DNA of 60,617 bases, filler included, from Sphacelaria rigidula (GCA_964200075.2; 9 parts of 9 records of this genome joined end to end with filler, not necessarily neighbours in it), one strand, 5' to 3'; shown: positions 39,701 through 53,087, counted from the first letter of the whole stretch. The notes: generated by a model from the letters alone, not told the origin. Translations and numbers: made by a program.

Positions 39701-40190
39701 GAAGCATTCCGAATACCCGAGATCTATATGAGGATTAACGGAACACACGGTTGAAACACCCTTCGTCAGTGCTCAGGTATGAAAAGGTGTTTTCTCACGC
39801 GAACAATGATAGCTGGGAGACGAACGGAGCGCTGACTGCCCTGCCGATCGATGGCGATGAAGTGGAGCACCCCCTTTCCTGTTCCGCAAAATAGATGACG
39901 TCCCGCTGTAAGAATGCTCATGGGAGGATCGAGCTTCACATAATCGAACATCTCATCTTCGATGTCGCGCAGCAGCTCATTGTCTAAGTGGTGATGGGAT
40001 GCCCCCGAATCACATACCATCTTGAATGGCATGGAGACGGGTGTTCGAGTGTTGTCCTTGATGGGAGAACCAGCGAGAAAAGTAGAGCCTAAGCCCCTTG
40101 ATGATGGGCATGTGTTAGTCACTGTTGAAGCTGACGATCCGCTGAATTCTTGAGCTTGGTTGTTGGAGGGTACGGTAGTTGATGCAGTAC
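36785..40190 (-). mobile_element. Decayed Ty1/copia LTR retrotransposon pol (PR-IN-RT-RH)
   Basis: Protease DSGASHH, GAG-pre-integrase WHRRLGHP, integrase SNRGGEY and TPQQSGMSER, SH3-like GVFVGYD, RT LFVDDI, RNase H KHLAIR..DQLSDILTK. Copia domain order, with many frameshifts. Confidence 0.95.
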
Positions 40191-40196
40191 AGTAGT

Positions 40197-40380
40197 GCCG
40201 CCACGCCCCGGTGGCGTAATGGTCCGACGGTCGACATTAGGGTGGAGAGCGGTGGTTCGATTCCCGATGCGTTGGGTTTTTTCTTTGTCATATATGATTT
40301 CCACCGTGAAAAGCGTGAGAACGCGAGTAAACAAAGTAGTCGACTGGGTTTGTGTGACGTGAGTTGACGCGGTGGGGGAG
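40197..40380 (+). mobile_element. tRNA-derived SINE family A, 5' part, abutting the copia
   Basis: A-box tggcgtaatgg and B-box ggttcgattcc; the body matches 44857-45040. Truncated by the contig end. Confidence 0.8.
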
Positions 40381-41054
40381 NNNNNNNNNNNNNNNNNNNN
40401 NNNNNNNNNNNNNNNNNNNNNNNNTTAATTAATTAANNNNNNNNNNNNNNNNNNNNNNNNNNNNNNNNNNNNNNNNNNNNGCTGCGCCTTTGTGAGTGAT
40501 GCTATCGACAACAACCAACAACACACGAAGTAAACCATACACCGCAGCCGACACGCTATGAAGCCCGCTTCGCGCGTACGAGACTAAAAATGACACGCCT
40601 TGCTCGTCGGTCTCCTGGCAAAAGCATTGCAGATACGTTGAGAGAGTAGACATGTGATGCGCACTGTCGCTGTCTGGCGGGTAGTTCTGTGATCCTTCGA
40701 TGAAGGATTCAACTTTAGCAAGAACGAGGGGGGCATGGTCGCTTTCTCATTTCCTCGAAAGAACCGGCACTGGTGTTAGTGGGGTGGTGATGACCTCTCT
40801 GCGGCAGTGACGCTACATTACTACAGCACGCCACAGCACACGAAACATCTATGGGACTGTGAGCTGTTGAAACACGATTAACATGAAACTCGAAACCCTG
40901 GTGGAGGTATACTAATCAGAACAGTATGGTATGAAAATCTGTGTGCTGCCATAATATCGTTCCCGAAACCAAATTTGCCGCGGATTTGTTTCACCAGGAT
41001 TCCAAATTCTGTGGGCCAAAGATCTGTTGCCATCACATCCAGCCTAATGGACAA

Positions 41055-41490
41055 AAATAAAATCTGGAAGAGTGCCTTTTTGGAGCTTCCACGTCGGGTT
41101 ACGCCCCGAAAGGGGGCTACGCGGAGTTTGACACCTTGGAATGACTTGCTCCACTAGTTGAGGTGGTTCCAGGGCATCTTCCCGTTTTCCGGTGGCCGTA
41201 GTTTATCATTTTAGCCAACCAAGATTTTCTGTCGAAGAACAGTAAAAAACAGTCATGTCCAGAGAAAAGTGACTTTTTTTTCGAGATTCAACTGTTTTTC
41301 ACCGTTCTTCGACAAAAAATCTTGTTTGGCCGACGTAAATACTGCGGCCACCGAAAAACGGGAAGATATCCTGGAACCGCCTCGACTAGTAGAGCAAGTC
41401 ATTCCAAGGTGTCAAACTCCGCTTATCTGTCTTCCGGGGCGTAAAATGATGTAAAAGCTAGAAAAGGCACTTTTCCAGATTACTATTTCT
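41055..41490. mobile_element. Foldback element related to 26360-26825
   Basis: ggagtttgacaccttggaatgacttgctc pairs with gagcaagtcattccaaggtgtcaaactcc. The gacaccttgga..gacttgctc.act core is shared with 26360-26825. Confidence 0.88.
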
Positions 41491-42599
41491 GTCTATTATA
41501 AGAAGCGGCCTAACAGGCTCTTTCATTTTTTATTATCCACGAGCGGTTCACCACACGAAATTTTATGAAACAACTCTCATAAAATGGGACGCGACATCCA
41601 GATTTATGGCATCTAGTGCCTCTGTTCGTAATATACTTCCTCTGTCCCATAAGTAAAGGTACCTAACGGCGATACATTGTTCAGGTATGCCAGTGGTGAC
41701 GACGATGTTGTGGTTGGGTTCGTTAGAAAGGCAAAGCACAGACGAAGCTGATGACAAAAAAAAACCGAAAAAAAAACTTGTTTCCATCACTAAAACCATG
41801 TCGAAATATACCCCATTTCGACCCTTTTTTATCCATTTTCCCCCCATCATTGACCGATTTTGGACGTTTTCACGCCGAGCACTAGCAATTACACGCTAAC
41901 AAAATGTTGGATGGGGCGTGCGTAGGTTAATATCACGGACATGTCCAAAATTCATGGTGGTTTCGCGGTTTTCACATTTTTTGGCCCAATTTTCGCGATT
42001 TTTCGTGTTCCCGGGTCTACCATGCTTTCCTGGGAAAACCAGCGAAAAATGACCGTTTTTGGACCGGCCTACTTTCTCGGCCGCGCGGCAGCATGGTTCA
42101 AGCGCGAGCTGGAACTTTTTAATACATTTTTTTAACCCAATAAACACCGTAGAGTTCATTGAAAAAAAAACGATCGGACATTGTTAAGGGCCCGTACAAG
42201 TTTAGGTACCTTTACTTATTGGACAGAGGAAGTATTGATTTTAGTATGGAAAATTTTGTGCGTCATATGTCGGGGGTAGATAACGTAATAGGTGAAGGTA
42301 AGGGTAGCTATCGTCCCCCCTTGCTCCAGAGAATGTTCACACGAGAATTCGTCGTTATCCGCCGAATGCATCGATCAAGGGTTTCATATAGATTTGAGTG
42401 TGGACGCCATCTCCGTTAGATATGGGAATTACTAGACATGGGGTTTAGTCAACGAGAAAACATGGGCCCAAACTTTTGAGCAGATGTGCACCTTCCCCTT
42501 GGTTAGACCATGAAAACGATATGCGGATCACGGCCCAACTCGTCTGTGTCGATGAGATATTGCTTTTAGAGTATAAATCCGTTTTTAGGCTGGCCCACT

Positions 42600-42830
42600 C
42601 GTACGATACCATGGTATCACGAGATTTCAATATATACCGTACCCGCCCAAGCGGGTATTTTCAAATGTCGTACCTACGATACCTACGATACTACGGTATT
42701 TCGAGATTTCGATACCTACCGTACCCGCTCAATCAGGTATTTCCAAAACTCATACCACCCATATCCACGCATGACCACGGTATGGGATACCGCGGTAAAT
42801 ACTGGAGGTATACCAGGGAAATACCGGACG
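42600..42830. repeat. GTACC/CGATACC minisatellite-type element; longer copy at ~43960-44350
   Basis: Repeated ctacgataccacggtatttcgagatttcaatacctaccgtacccg...gggtattttcaaa units. Confidence 0.85.
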
Positions 42831-44355
42831 GGATGCACTCCCCACGGTGCAGCAGCTGGTCCCAACTTAAGCAAAGGCCAGAAGTTGTCGGGGCAGGTAC
42901 GTGTTATTTTCACAAGGAATATATTCCCAGATCAATTCGAATGAACTTGTTATTATGTAGTTGGAAGTGCGGTCGATTTTTCTTTCCCCATCTGATAGGT
43001 CCACCGCATTTCTGTTCTTAGAAGGCTTCAAATCAAATTTGCAATTAGTGGCGCGCGGGGGAAAACTACTAAACAAAAAAGCTAAGCTTCTTCGATCGAA
43101 AACACGCGGGCGAAAGGCACGAAGCGGCACTTCATTCCTATCTCACAGACCACCACGCCAGACAACACCCGTTCACAGAACCATGTTAACTCAATCCAAC
43201 TCATTCTCTTACCACCGCAACCTGCAGCATCGAGCACGAATTGAGCACAGGAATAGATACACTGCAGTAATTGGGTATGCTTCGTTCATTTTTTGCAGCG
43301 AAAATTCGCGCATCTTCTTTCGTGGTGGCGATCAGCGACGGAACTGCGTGGTACGGTGGCGAACCGAGTTGCGTACACGCTCATGGATAGTGCAGGCAGT
43401 ACAAAGCTGCACGTTGGTTTGAAGTCTTTTTCACGTCGCATTGTAAGCAGAGACAACTGACAGTCCTCGGCTGTTTGCACTGCACGTTGCTCGCTTCTCT
43501 TCAAAATCCTACTGTACGGAACACGCACATACGCACTCAACACACTGCTTGCAAGCAGTGCAGACAGTACAGACTGCCTGTACCGTACACGAGTGATCAT
43601 GTACCGTTTCACGAATTTCGCTGTCTTTTTTCGATCGAAAGCTTGCACACCGTGGACAACGGATTTTATTGTAAAAAACTGCACCGCATGCAGTATGGAA
43701 TCTCTTGTCTGTTGCAATAGGCGCAATAGTCGATACTGTACGCAGAACACTTTTTGACTGTGTTTTCTGTTGTCCAGGGTGTGAAAGCTTGACAATTCGC
43801 TAAAACCCAACTCGACAAAAATGAGTGCTTTACGCACAAATCAATTCCCCACCGCCCCATTTTTTCGATCGAAAAAAAAAGGTGCCAAGACACGCTCTGA
43901 AATGCTTCTCCGCACTGCCGGATGACAGTTTCGAAACCGGTGTAGCCGGTAAGGCATGTACCCGGTACTGGTATTTGGGACATCATCGTACCCTACCGAT
44001 GCCGACCCAATCGGGTATTTTCAAAGACTATGCCTGCGATCCCTACGATACCACGGTATTTCGAGGTACCAATACCTACCGTATCTGCCCCATCGGGTAT
44101 TTTCAAATGGCATACCTACGATACCTGCGATACCACGGTTTTTCGAGATTTCAATACCTACCGTACCCGCCCAATCAGGTATTTTCAAATGTCATACTCG
44201 TATTTACGATACCTACGATACCACGGTTTTTCGAGATTTCAATACCTACCGTACTCGCTCAATCGGGTATTTTTAAAACTCATCGGTACCCACGCATACC
44301 ACGGTACGGGATACCCCAGGAAATCCCGTGGGTAAGCTCGGTACGGTACCTTACC

Positions 44356-44676
44356 GACCATATTGTATGGCAACTAATCCGTATTTGTACAAATATGAGG
44401 ATTTCATTTCAAGATCGGGAGACTCCCGCATCTCCCCCGAATCTGGGGCCCAAATCGGGGGAGATGCGGGAGTCTCCCGATTTGAGCAGAAAAGGGATGA
44501 AGAAAAAGCAGCGTCCAGAGAATCGGAGAATTGATCTGGTTTCCTCAGAGCTAGGCGAAAAACAATGTCCCACGGAATGGGGTCCGAAAAATCAATCCAC
44601 GGGAGAAAATCGGATATACATCGGCTGAAATCCTCATATTTGTACAAATACGGATTGGTTGCCATACAAGATGGTC
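44356..44676. mobile_element. MITE with ~50-bp TIR, nested at the end of the GTACC-repeat element
   Basis: gaccatattgtatggcaactaatccgtatttgtacaaatatgaggatttca pairs with tgaaatcctcatatttgtacaaatacggattggttgccatacaagatggtc. Confidence 0.92.
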
Positions 44677-44856
44677 TCACCTACGGTTCCCGTGGATATT
44701 ATATTTGAAATCACGACCGATCAGATCGGAATTTTCCTTCTTTACCGCACATTTTCGATCGACAAATGATGTACGAAGACACCCCCATAGGATGAACCCT
44801 TTTCCCGCGAGGGTAGGCGATCCGTTGAATCGGCGTCATTTGTCTTCTTACTCTGT

Positions 44857-45165
44857 CGCCGCCGCGCCCCAATGGTGTAATGGTCCGACTACTGCCATGA
44901 GGGTGGAGAGGACGAGGGTTCGATTCCCGATTCTCGCTGTGTTTTTTCCTTCGCATTATGTGATTTCCACCGTGGAAAGCATGAAAACGTGAGTGAACAA
45001 AGTAGTCGACTGAGTTTGTTTGACGTGAGTTGACGCTATGCGGGAGTGCTGATCCGATCCTCGACACCAAACTGCAAGGAGTGTACGGGGGAGAGATGGG
45101 TTGATTCCTTGAGAGCGTGGACTCGTCCCGAGGAAAGAAAGGGGTTCAAAGTGTGACAACTAAAA
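44857..45165 (+). mobile_element. Apparently full-length tRNA-derived SINE family A (~310 bp)
   Basis: A-box tggtgtaatgg, B-box ggttcgattcc, body shared with the 40197 copy, and 3' end ...ggggttcaaagtgtgaca. Confidence 0.85.
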
Positions 45166-46924
45166 TTCAGATGTAAAGTATGCCGATCCAGCAGATCACC
45201 TACCCTCAACCATCCAAAGTGTTAACTTCCTGTCCAAAGTTGAACTTCCCTTTCCCGTCCCCCGGCAGTCTCCTATTCCAGTCCACGGGACACCGCGAAA
45301 GCGGCACGCGAAAGAAGAACGACACCGACGTACGGTATACGGTGTACTGTGCAAAGCATCATACAGTACAGTATACTGTACAGAGTACGGCACAAACGAT
45401 ATCGAAGATGCGGTGTGCTACAGACTGCTACTGTACTGTTGTACTGTGTGTCTACAATGCGTTGGTTCTCATATCGGAACTGGGCGATGCGGTGCGGTGA
45501 TCACCGATGAATAATTCGAAATTCCACTCCCACGAGACCACTTATGCGACCCGAAGTGATACTGCTCGTGGACAAAGTGGTCCCTTGATACCCTGCCACA
45601 ACTGCTGTTGACCGTCCCACCAACGCATCCTGTTGATGGCCATCCCGCTAAACCCACGCAACAGCACGCATATCCCGGGGGAAAGCGTCGGTTGAAACGG
45701 CGGAGGGTTCTCGGAGGTGTACCGTTGCAAAAGTCGGTACAACTTTACACGCGGTACAGTGGTACAGTACAGACAGGACGGGATTTGCACGACAACACTC
45801 TCTGAGGATACACCACTTTGTGAGCAGACAACACCAGCTCGACCATCCCCGACATATGTGGTCCGGTACACGTAATTTTTTCGGCCCTAGCTCGTCAAGC
45901 CAATACGAACACAAGACTTCAGCAGCTGCGTGTACACGCAACGCCAAAGGCGTTTTGATGGTCGGTTTCAAGCTAAAATGAAGATCGCAGTGTGCAATTG
46001 AGCATCTCCATGCCAGCGGTCTGTCTGGGTACCATACCTATTGCGCTCGATGGTAGATAACACCCCATGTCCAAAACGTTGCTCAACCTAATTTTACTCG
46101 TGATATACGCCCGCCATGCTGCTGAAACTGGTGCCTTTCAAGATTGCTTGTCAAAATCATTCGATCGCAGAAACGTTCTTCACGTGAAAGCTCCTATTCC
46201 TCGATATAATCGGGGTTGGAACACTCGTAAGTTCGGGGGTCTTGGATACGTCGTCACCAGATGCACTGGTCGTCACCTGCTCAGCGGACCACGAAATCTT
46301 CTTCACGTCAACATTCATACTGTACTGTAACACGTTACTGTGTGCCCACCTTGTGAAGGGGAGAACAAAGCAGTAGAATCCCCACAGCCTTCACCAGCTC
46401 CTCTACTTCGCCAATGTTATGGTTTTGTTGCAAGCTTGCTAGAAGTCGCAGGGCAGAGAGGCTTTAGTCCAAAAGGTCACTATTATCGTTGTTGTTGTGG
46501 AGTCTTGAATAGCATCGGTTGATCCATTATTCAGACCCGCGGTCCAAAGAAAGATTATTCGAAGGTTTTCGGGCAAATCATACGAGTACACAACGAAGAT
46601 TTTTTTTTTTGTCGCAGTGATTGGCCGCAGATTGCCCCGCCAAATGTACCATCGACCAGCCGTGTTGTGAACCGGAAACCGAACATTTGGTTTTCGGTCG
46701 TTTTTTTGGTCGTTTTTTGTCAACGGGAACCGGGTTTTTGAATTCGCTCTATCGGTTGCCAAAAACCGACCGAAACCGACAACCGACTCGTTTTTTTTCG
46801 GTCTTTTTTTTCAACGTGTCCCCTGAGCAAATATCGGCCGAACCATGGGTCCATGTAGACACCCACAGGCACGGCGCCACAGCCCACAGCCTACACAGTC
46901 CACATCGCTAGCCCACAACACATA

Positions 46925-46943
46925 CAGCGGCAGCAGTAGCAGT

Positions 46944-46984
<41 letters not shown>

Positions 46985-46995
46985 AAGCAGCAGTT
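46925..46995. repeat. (CAG)n microsatellite
   Basis: Run of agc/agt triplets. Confidence 0.95.
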
Positions 46996-47049
46996 GCGCA
47001 GGGATAATCATGTCTAGTTCAGGCGGCAGTGCCGACTCTGCACCGGATT

Positions 47050-47120
47050 CAGCACAAAAGCGAAACTGACTTTCACCCGAGAACGCCAACAACCTCATCT
47101 TCCTCCACGGGTGCCACCGG
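47050..47120 (+). pseudogene. hAT dimerisation-domain tail remnant
   Basis: KRN*LSPENANNLIFLHG resembles R.RL.P.....LIFL. Confidence 0.45.
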
Positions 47121-47757
47121 TTGGGTNNNNNNNNNNNNNNNNNNNNNNNNNNNNNNNNNNNNNNNNNNNNTTAATTAATTAANNNNNNNNNNNNNNNNNN
47201 NNNNNNNNNNNNNNNNNNNNNNNNNNGTAAATGGTCCAAGAAACATAGTTTTCTTGCTTTAGCGCAGTGACTAGGTGGAATTTCAAAAAAACAATCCTTT
47301 TTTAGTCTTTGTTTATATGACCCAGATCGAGTCCGTCCACCGAAAATACCGAAAAGCTAGAGCCTGTGGTCGTATTTTTGCAGGACCCCCGAAGATCGGT
47401 AAAGCCTATAAGTTACTCATTATTGATCGCAGATAATGTTTTTTTCAACATGTGTCAAGAGGTATAAAATATCTCCGGATGCCCATTTTTTGGCATCCAA
47501 CAGTCACTGTGATGAATGGTGGCAAGCAAAACAAATTTGGACAGTCTTTAAGAAACTAAGAAATTACGGATTCTGCAAACTTCTGACGCTGACTACTGTA
47601 CGCCATTCCTCTTTTGGAGAGGTGTCACTGTAGTGGCAAGCTGAGATAGCACTCTCCGACACCAAATGAATTCCACCGTCGACATGAAACTTGCATGGAA
47701 CGAACCCCGAGGGGCGGCACATGAATAAAGCAGAACACATGAAGGGTAGAGAGTACA

Positions 47758-47771
47758 TAATATATATGTAG

Positions 47772-47815
<44 letters not shown>
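47758..47815. repeat. (TA)n microsatellite
   Basis: Dinucleotide run. Confidence 0.97.
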
Positions 47816-47818
<3 letters not shown>

Positions 47819-48275
47819 GCATCCTCTGCTACACATACATGATCGACAAACGAAGATGTACTCACGAGACGAGGAAAAGGTAACAGAAAGAGGAAGTAGC
47901 CATATCGTCGGGAAAATGGAAAAGCATGTGATGGTAAAAGGGACAAGAAAAACGAGAAGGCAAAAGGCAAGAAGGTAGAGAAAATACCGGCAAAATTGGA
48001 ATCAGCAAACCCCTGGGTGTGGACCATGACTCCATTACAATGTATACGGTTACCGGGGAGAGATAGGTTGATCCCTTGAGACCACGGACTCGTCCCGTGA
48101 AAGGGGTGGGGTTCAAAGTGCGACAAAAAAATGTTGAATGCATTTCTGCAGCGAGGCCAACACCGCTCATACTGGTACCAGTAGTGCTACGAGTAGTACT
48201 CTAATAGCAGTATAATCAATACCGCAATAAGCGCACACAGCGAAACATTCCAGCGACCATACTACATATCCATAC

Positions 48276-51200
48276 CTGATTACTCTGCGGCTGCGGCAAA
48301 GGTGCGGAAATGTTGAGCATTTGTCGCATCCCTGGCGGGAGAGCCACGGGCGCGTTTCCGTTAGCTCCGGCGTTCTTCAGGTTTCCCTCGAAGCCCTCTC
48401 CACCGTCTGTGCCCCCGCCCCCCCCGCGCGCGCGAAAACATGTGAAAAACGGCACGGATCGTTAGCACGTGTGCGTTTCTCCAAAAAAGATTCAAGACAA
48501 TCTGTATCATGTGTACACACGACAAAAAACGACACGGCAGCGGGTGTTTACTATATCCCACGCGCTCTGTTGGGTACGCGTCCAGTAGATGCATCAAATT
48601 CAGGATAAGGGAAACGCTGTCAGGAACCTCGGGAAGAAATTAAGGCGGTGAAGCTTTTTTTTCTCAACAGAGCATGTTTCACGTCGCACTCTTGTCGTCT
48701 CACCCATGAAAAGGCTGTCCCCCAAGCCAGCGGTGACCCTATCCCGCTCTCCTAGTGCGACTTCCTGCGCCTCGAGCTTGAGCTTCTTTGCGTGTTGCTG
48801 CTTGCGGGCCTCCTCCAATTGGTCGTAGTGCTTTCGACTTTCCTTTACAAAGGGACCCCAAGCACACGAGGAAACAGTCAGTGTCACGAAGCGACGCATG
48901 CTGATGCGACGCGAGTGGGCACTGGACGCGTTACATATCTAGCAGTGTATTACCATCTTCCTTCTTCATGATTCGTGCCACTGTCATCCTCACGTGGCAA
49001 GTTTTATTCTCTCGTGATTTTTTTTTCGGATAACGTTACCTTTATGTTGGAGAAGTGGGTTCGGAAAAGTCGCCCTATGCTCTTAGTTGTGCCGGACAGA
49101 CTTGTGAGACATTTTCATGCTCACGAGGATGTAGCGGCGGCGGCGGAGCCGCGCGAGGTGGTGGGGGGGGCGTACTGATTTGTTGCTTGTCTTAATCGTT
49201 TGACCATTGGCCATGCATCCCTTTCGAGACGGAGCACGGGGAAGGGGGTGGTGTGGCGGAGGCGGGGGCGGGGGGAGGAGGGGGGGCACGAGGGTGTACG
49301 ACAGCGCACCGTTCGGTGGCACAAAGTATCCCTTTACCGTGCCACGCCGGCCCAGTAAGCTACGCAAGATGAACACACCATTACCGACTGACCTTGAGTT
49401 GTCGAACCGCCGCCAGCTGCTCTTCCACGAGTCTTTCTCGATCAAACCTATCATGGGAATTCGAAGGAGTACAAAAAAAACGATTATACAGTGCATTAGA
49501 GTAGAGGGCAATCCCGCAGCGCCACACCGCCACGACGCATGCGGCGAAAAAGACCTCCAATAAGATGACAACTCTGGGCTTTGTGTTTCCCCTGACGCGG
49601 TTCAGGCAAGGCGAGAAATATGACGCACGTAAAGCTCGGCACTCAACAGTCGCCCTTTGTAGTGCATAGCAACAAAGGAGTGAACATCTGCACATAACAC
49701 ACGCGGCAGGTGCCCCCCCCGCCGTTCCCCACCCTTCCTACTGTACCTCTTGGCAGCATTCTCTGTGATCTCGCTTCGATGCGCATCTTCGTAGGCGCGC
49801 ACTTTGGCCTGGGCTCTCTCCATCTCCTCCTTGGTTCCGCAGGTCATGTCGTAGATCAGGTCCTCCTTTTGCTCCAGGTAGTCATTGTAGGCCTTCAAGT
49901 CCCCCGCGAAGTCATCCTCTAACCGGTTGAAGCTTGGCAAAACACAAGTAAAAAGAAAAAAGGAGTTTTGAGTATCATTCATCACGACGAGGGACGGCAT
50001 GTTACCACGGGGGCGCTGCGGGCCAGCAAAGCACGCGCCCCGTGCTCAAGTCAGCGCGGTCTGTAAGGATTCTACGCCACTTTAATGAGACATATCATGA
50101 GATAGGGGCAGATTTGAGCAGTGCCTTCGGGTAATTTGGTCCACCTGTATTGTCAACTCCTCCGCTACAGTATCATGCCTTGGCTACATTCTACAGCAAA
50201 TATGTCGTGTTGTCATGTTTTCGAATAGCCTGGCTGACGGAGGACGGAAGCGGCACAGTGCGAAGAGATGCGGCCATCCTGTGCATCCTCGGTGTGATGA
50301 CTTGCTTTCACGCTTGAGATTACACAATACCATTACCACCTTGCCCCGCCTTCATGCTCCTTCATGCCGCTTGCAATGGCCGGCACAATTCTACGGAAGG
50401 TGAAGGTTGGAAGAGAGCGAGCACAGTTTCTGTTCCCCGAGTCTACCGATAGTAGCCTCTAGGGACCGGTGGCGTTTTTCTCACATCTTGGAAATCCTCT
50501 TGCGCACCGTGATATCCCTCGATACCTCGAGCTCGTCCAAAGTTTTCTCCGTCAATCCTGCCCGTTTCACCTTACGGCGGAAAAGACCACGCCGCGAATA
50601 GACGGCAGGCACGAGAACAAATGCAGTGAAACACATAAATCAAAATCGTGGTACGGGATAGAAAATCGACAAGTGAAAGGCCGCAGAACGAATAAAAACA
50701 TTGAGGACGAGAAAAACAAGGCATTGGAAAAGAACACCTTGCTACTACGCTACGGCACCTTCGGCGTTGTCAACGCAGACTGCTGCTATGCTACGGTAGA
50801 GACTTTCTGGTCCCCGAGGCGAACAGAACTAAGATGGGGTTGAACGACATTCATGGCCCTGTTGTCAGTCAGCGCACGCTGAATCATACGGTCAACGTAT
50901 CGTAAGGTCGCTGAATCACTACAGGGTTGCCTTAGATCCTCTGCCCGTGATAAATCAATGGCCTCGTACAGTGGTGTTATTTCAAGAACTTTTGAAAATC
51001 CACAAACGAAATGACGATGTCGACTCAATTAGATTGGCCCCAGGAATCAAACAACTCTGTGGTTGAGAGGACTAAAAAATGGCAAAGGGTACAATGCTCA
51101 CATCTCCTCCTTGTTGGACTCTGCTGTTGATCAGTATACAAGGAGCACCTCTATGATACTTTATGGAGAACCTCATACCTGAGTCTGACAGAGTGGGCAC

Positions 51201-52152
51201 GGGAACGATTTTCGTCGGACCAGCTCCTTCTCAACGCAATGCTGATGGCTGAAGGATGGGGCACCGCGAAGCAGGTAGAAGGCAAGGCCGACAACAATCC
51301 GGTGTGCATGTTGTGTGTGTGAGTGTGTCTGTGTCCCTCGGGAATCGTGGTGGGAGTCAACATACCGTACACACGATAAACGTAGAACCAGTGCAAGTAG
51401 TGGGGTACAACTCCTTGGTGTCAACACTCTTTCTCGAGAATTGCTGCGTAAACACCGTCGAAGCTGTGCCGCTGGAGCATCTCGTCGAAGTACTGTTAAC
51501 ATAGGTCTTGGTAACACATCAATCAAAATCAAACCTGGCTCGCCTGCTGCGCTTGGTAGGCAACTTGTTTTTGGAATACATTTTGTCCGAGGTTTCCCTC
51601 AACTAATCGCTTCGCAAAGCAAACGAACTCCGGACATACGTAGCCCTTGTGCGTGCTAATCATTGTGTCGGTATGGCCAGCGATCACCCAAGTCACGAGT
51701 GCAACGAAGCGGGCTGACTGGATCTTACTCATGTCGAGTAACGGCATCACGGCTGTACCAAAAGGTACTAGGTATATCGGCAAATGCTCCATGCGGCATT
51801 TCGAAAGGCATTTTACGGTGAATCAATAACAGCACCGTAGTGCAGTCAGTTGCACACATATAGTGATCGGACGTACTGTACTTGTTGCAGGGGGTGCTTG
51901 CTGCTCACGTCCAGCCCACCCGAGAGAGGGCGGAGAGATTTTCAGAACAATTCATACCACACAAGCAGGGTATAATGAGATCGTAGTCAACCGATTCAAC
52001 TAGTCGGGCGACACCATTTTAGAGTGGACTTGAGTAACTTACAAGCGATGCCCACACTTGTTGTTGACGACGAGCTTCTGTTGGGTAAGGTTACTAGCCG
52101 CGTCCTCCTTGCCTTTGCACAGGGCGCACACGTTCTCGTCCGCCTGCTGCAT
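48276..52152 (-). CDS. MAT1: CDK-activating kinase assembly factor MAT1 (3' end not found)
   Basis: GT-AG exons 52152-52043, 51248-51179, 50570-50485, 49932-49747, 49447-49393, 48842-48704 and 48406-48276 splice in frame. They give an N-terminal RING (CALC..CGHRFHQHC..CPLC), LDELEVSRDITVRKRISKIFNRLEDDF..LKAYNDYLEQKEDLIY, and a coiled-coil-like stretch. Confidence 0.92.
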
Positions 52153-52775
52153 GCTGCCGCTGCAACTGCTACAAGCAACACCTCGATCTCTTCCGTTCGC
52201 CGCAGACTGGTTTGTACTTAACTATCTTCACTGTGATATACGACACTGCGATATTTCACACAACAATTCAGCTCTTCGCAGCTGGTTCCCCGCTGTTCAT
52301 GAGCACACACGGCACGAGAACGTCGACAGACAGCAAGGAAAATTACACACAGTGAGAGAATCCTTGCCACGCATCTGTGGCATACTCCAGTCATGCTGCT
52401 GTCCGCCCACTTTGATCTTGCTTCGATTAAGCCAGCGACACATTACTTTAGAAAATAGCAGTTGACTCATATCTTTGCTATAATTTACTTTCAATGAAGG
52501 ATCTCCCAACGCAACTAATACTCTGAGACTTTCATGATGTTGTTACGATCGTCCAGGGCGATGCAAGCATCGGCGGACGGCTCTGAGCAATCACGAGCCT
52601 GTACGAATTGAAAAACAAAAAAGAGGTACACTGACGCTCGTATCCGTATCATACCGGCAGCAGCTCGTACAACACGGCTAAACGGTCCTGCACTAGGCAC
52701 ACTATTGCAGAACAGCTGTACCTTTACTGTGCGACAGGCGATACGCACTATAATCTGTCGTCAGCTGATCAATAC

Positions 52776-53087
52776 ATGTGCATCTTCTGCGAGAGAGCGA
52801 AAGCTTCGCTCGATGACCCCTTTGCAGAAATAGGCCTCGATGCCGCGGACCACGACAACACTGCTGGCAATAGGACGGCCAACGCCAACAAGGCAAGGAG
52901 GCAGTGGCAGGCCACTTTACGGCAGAAGCAAGAGGCAGAGCGGTGCCAAGAGCTTCGAAGGCGGGCGCGGTTGCCCGTAACTGTAATCACGGGGTTCCTC
53001 GGCGCTGGGAAGACTACGTTTGTGAATCACGTGCTCTCGGCGAGACACGGTCGGCGGCTTGCCGTGGTCGAGAACGAATTCGGTGAG
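52776..53087 (+). CDS. CobW/P47K (COG0523) metallochaperone GTPase, N-terminal exon
   Basis: [22 protein letters not shown]...[10 protein letters not shown]|gtgag. The true start is uncertain. Confidence 0.92.

Noticed and set aside
40197..40275. tRNA gene (also 44857-44935 and 23950-24025)
   Set aside because: A/B boxes are present, but there is no convincing cloverleaf and each is followed by a shared repeat body, so these are SINE heads.
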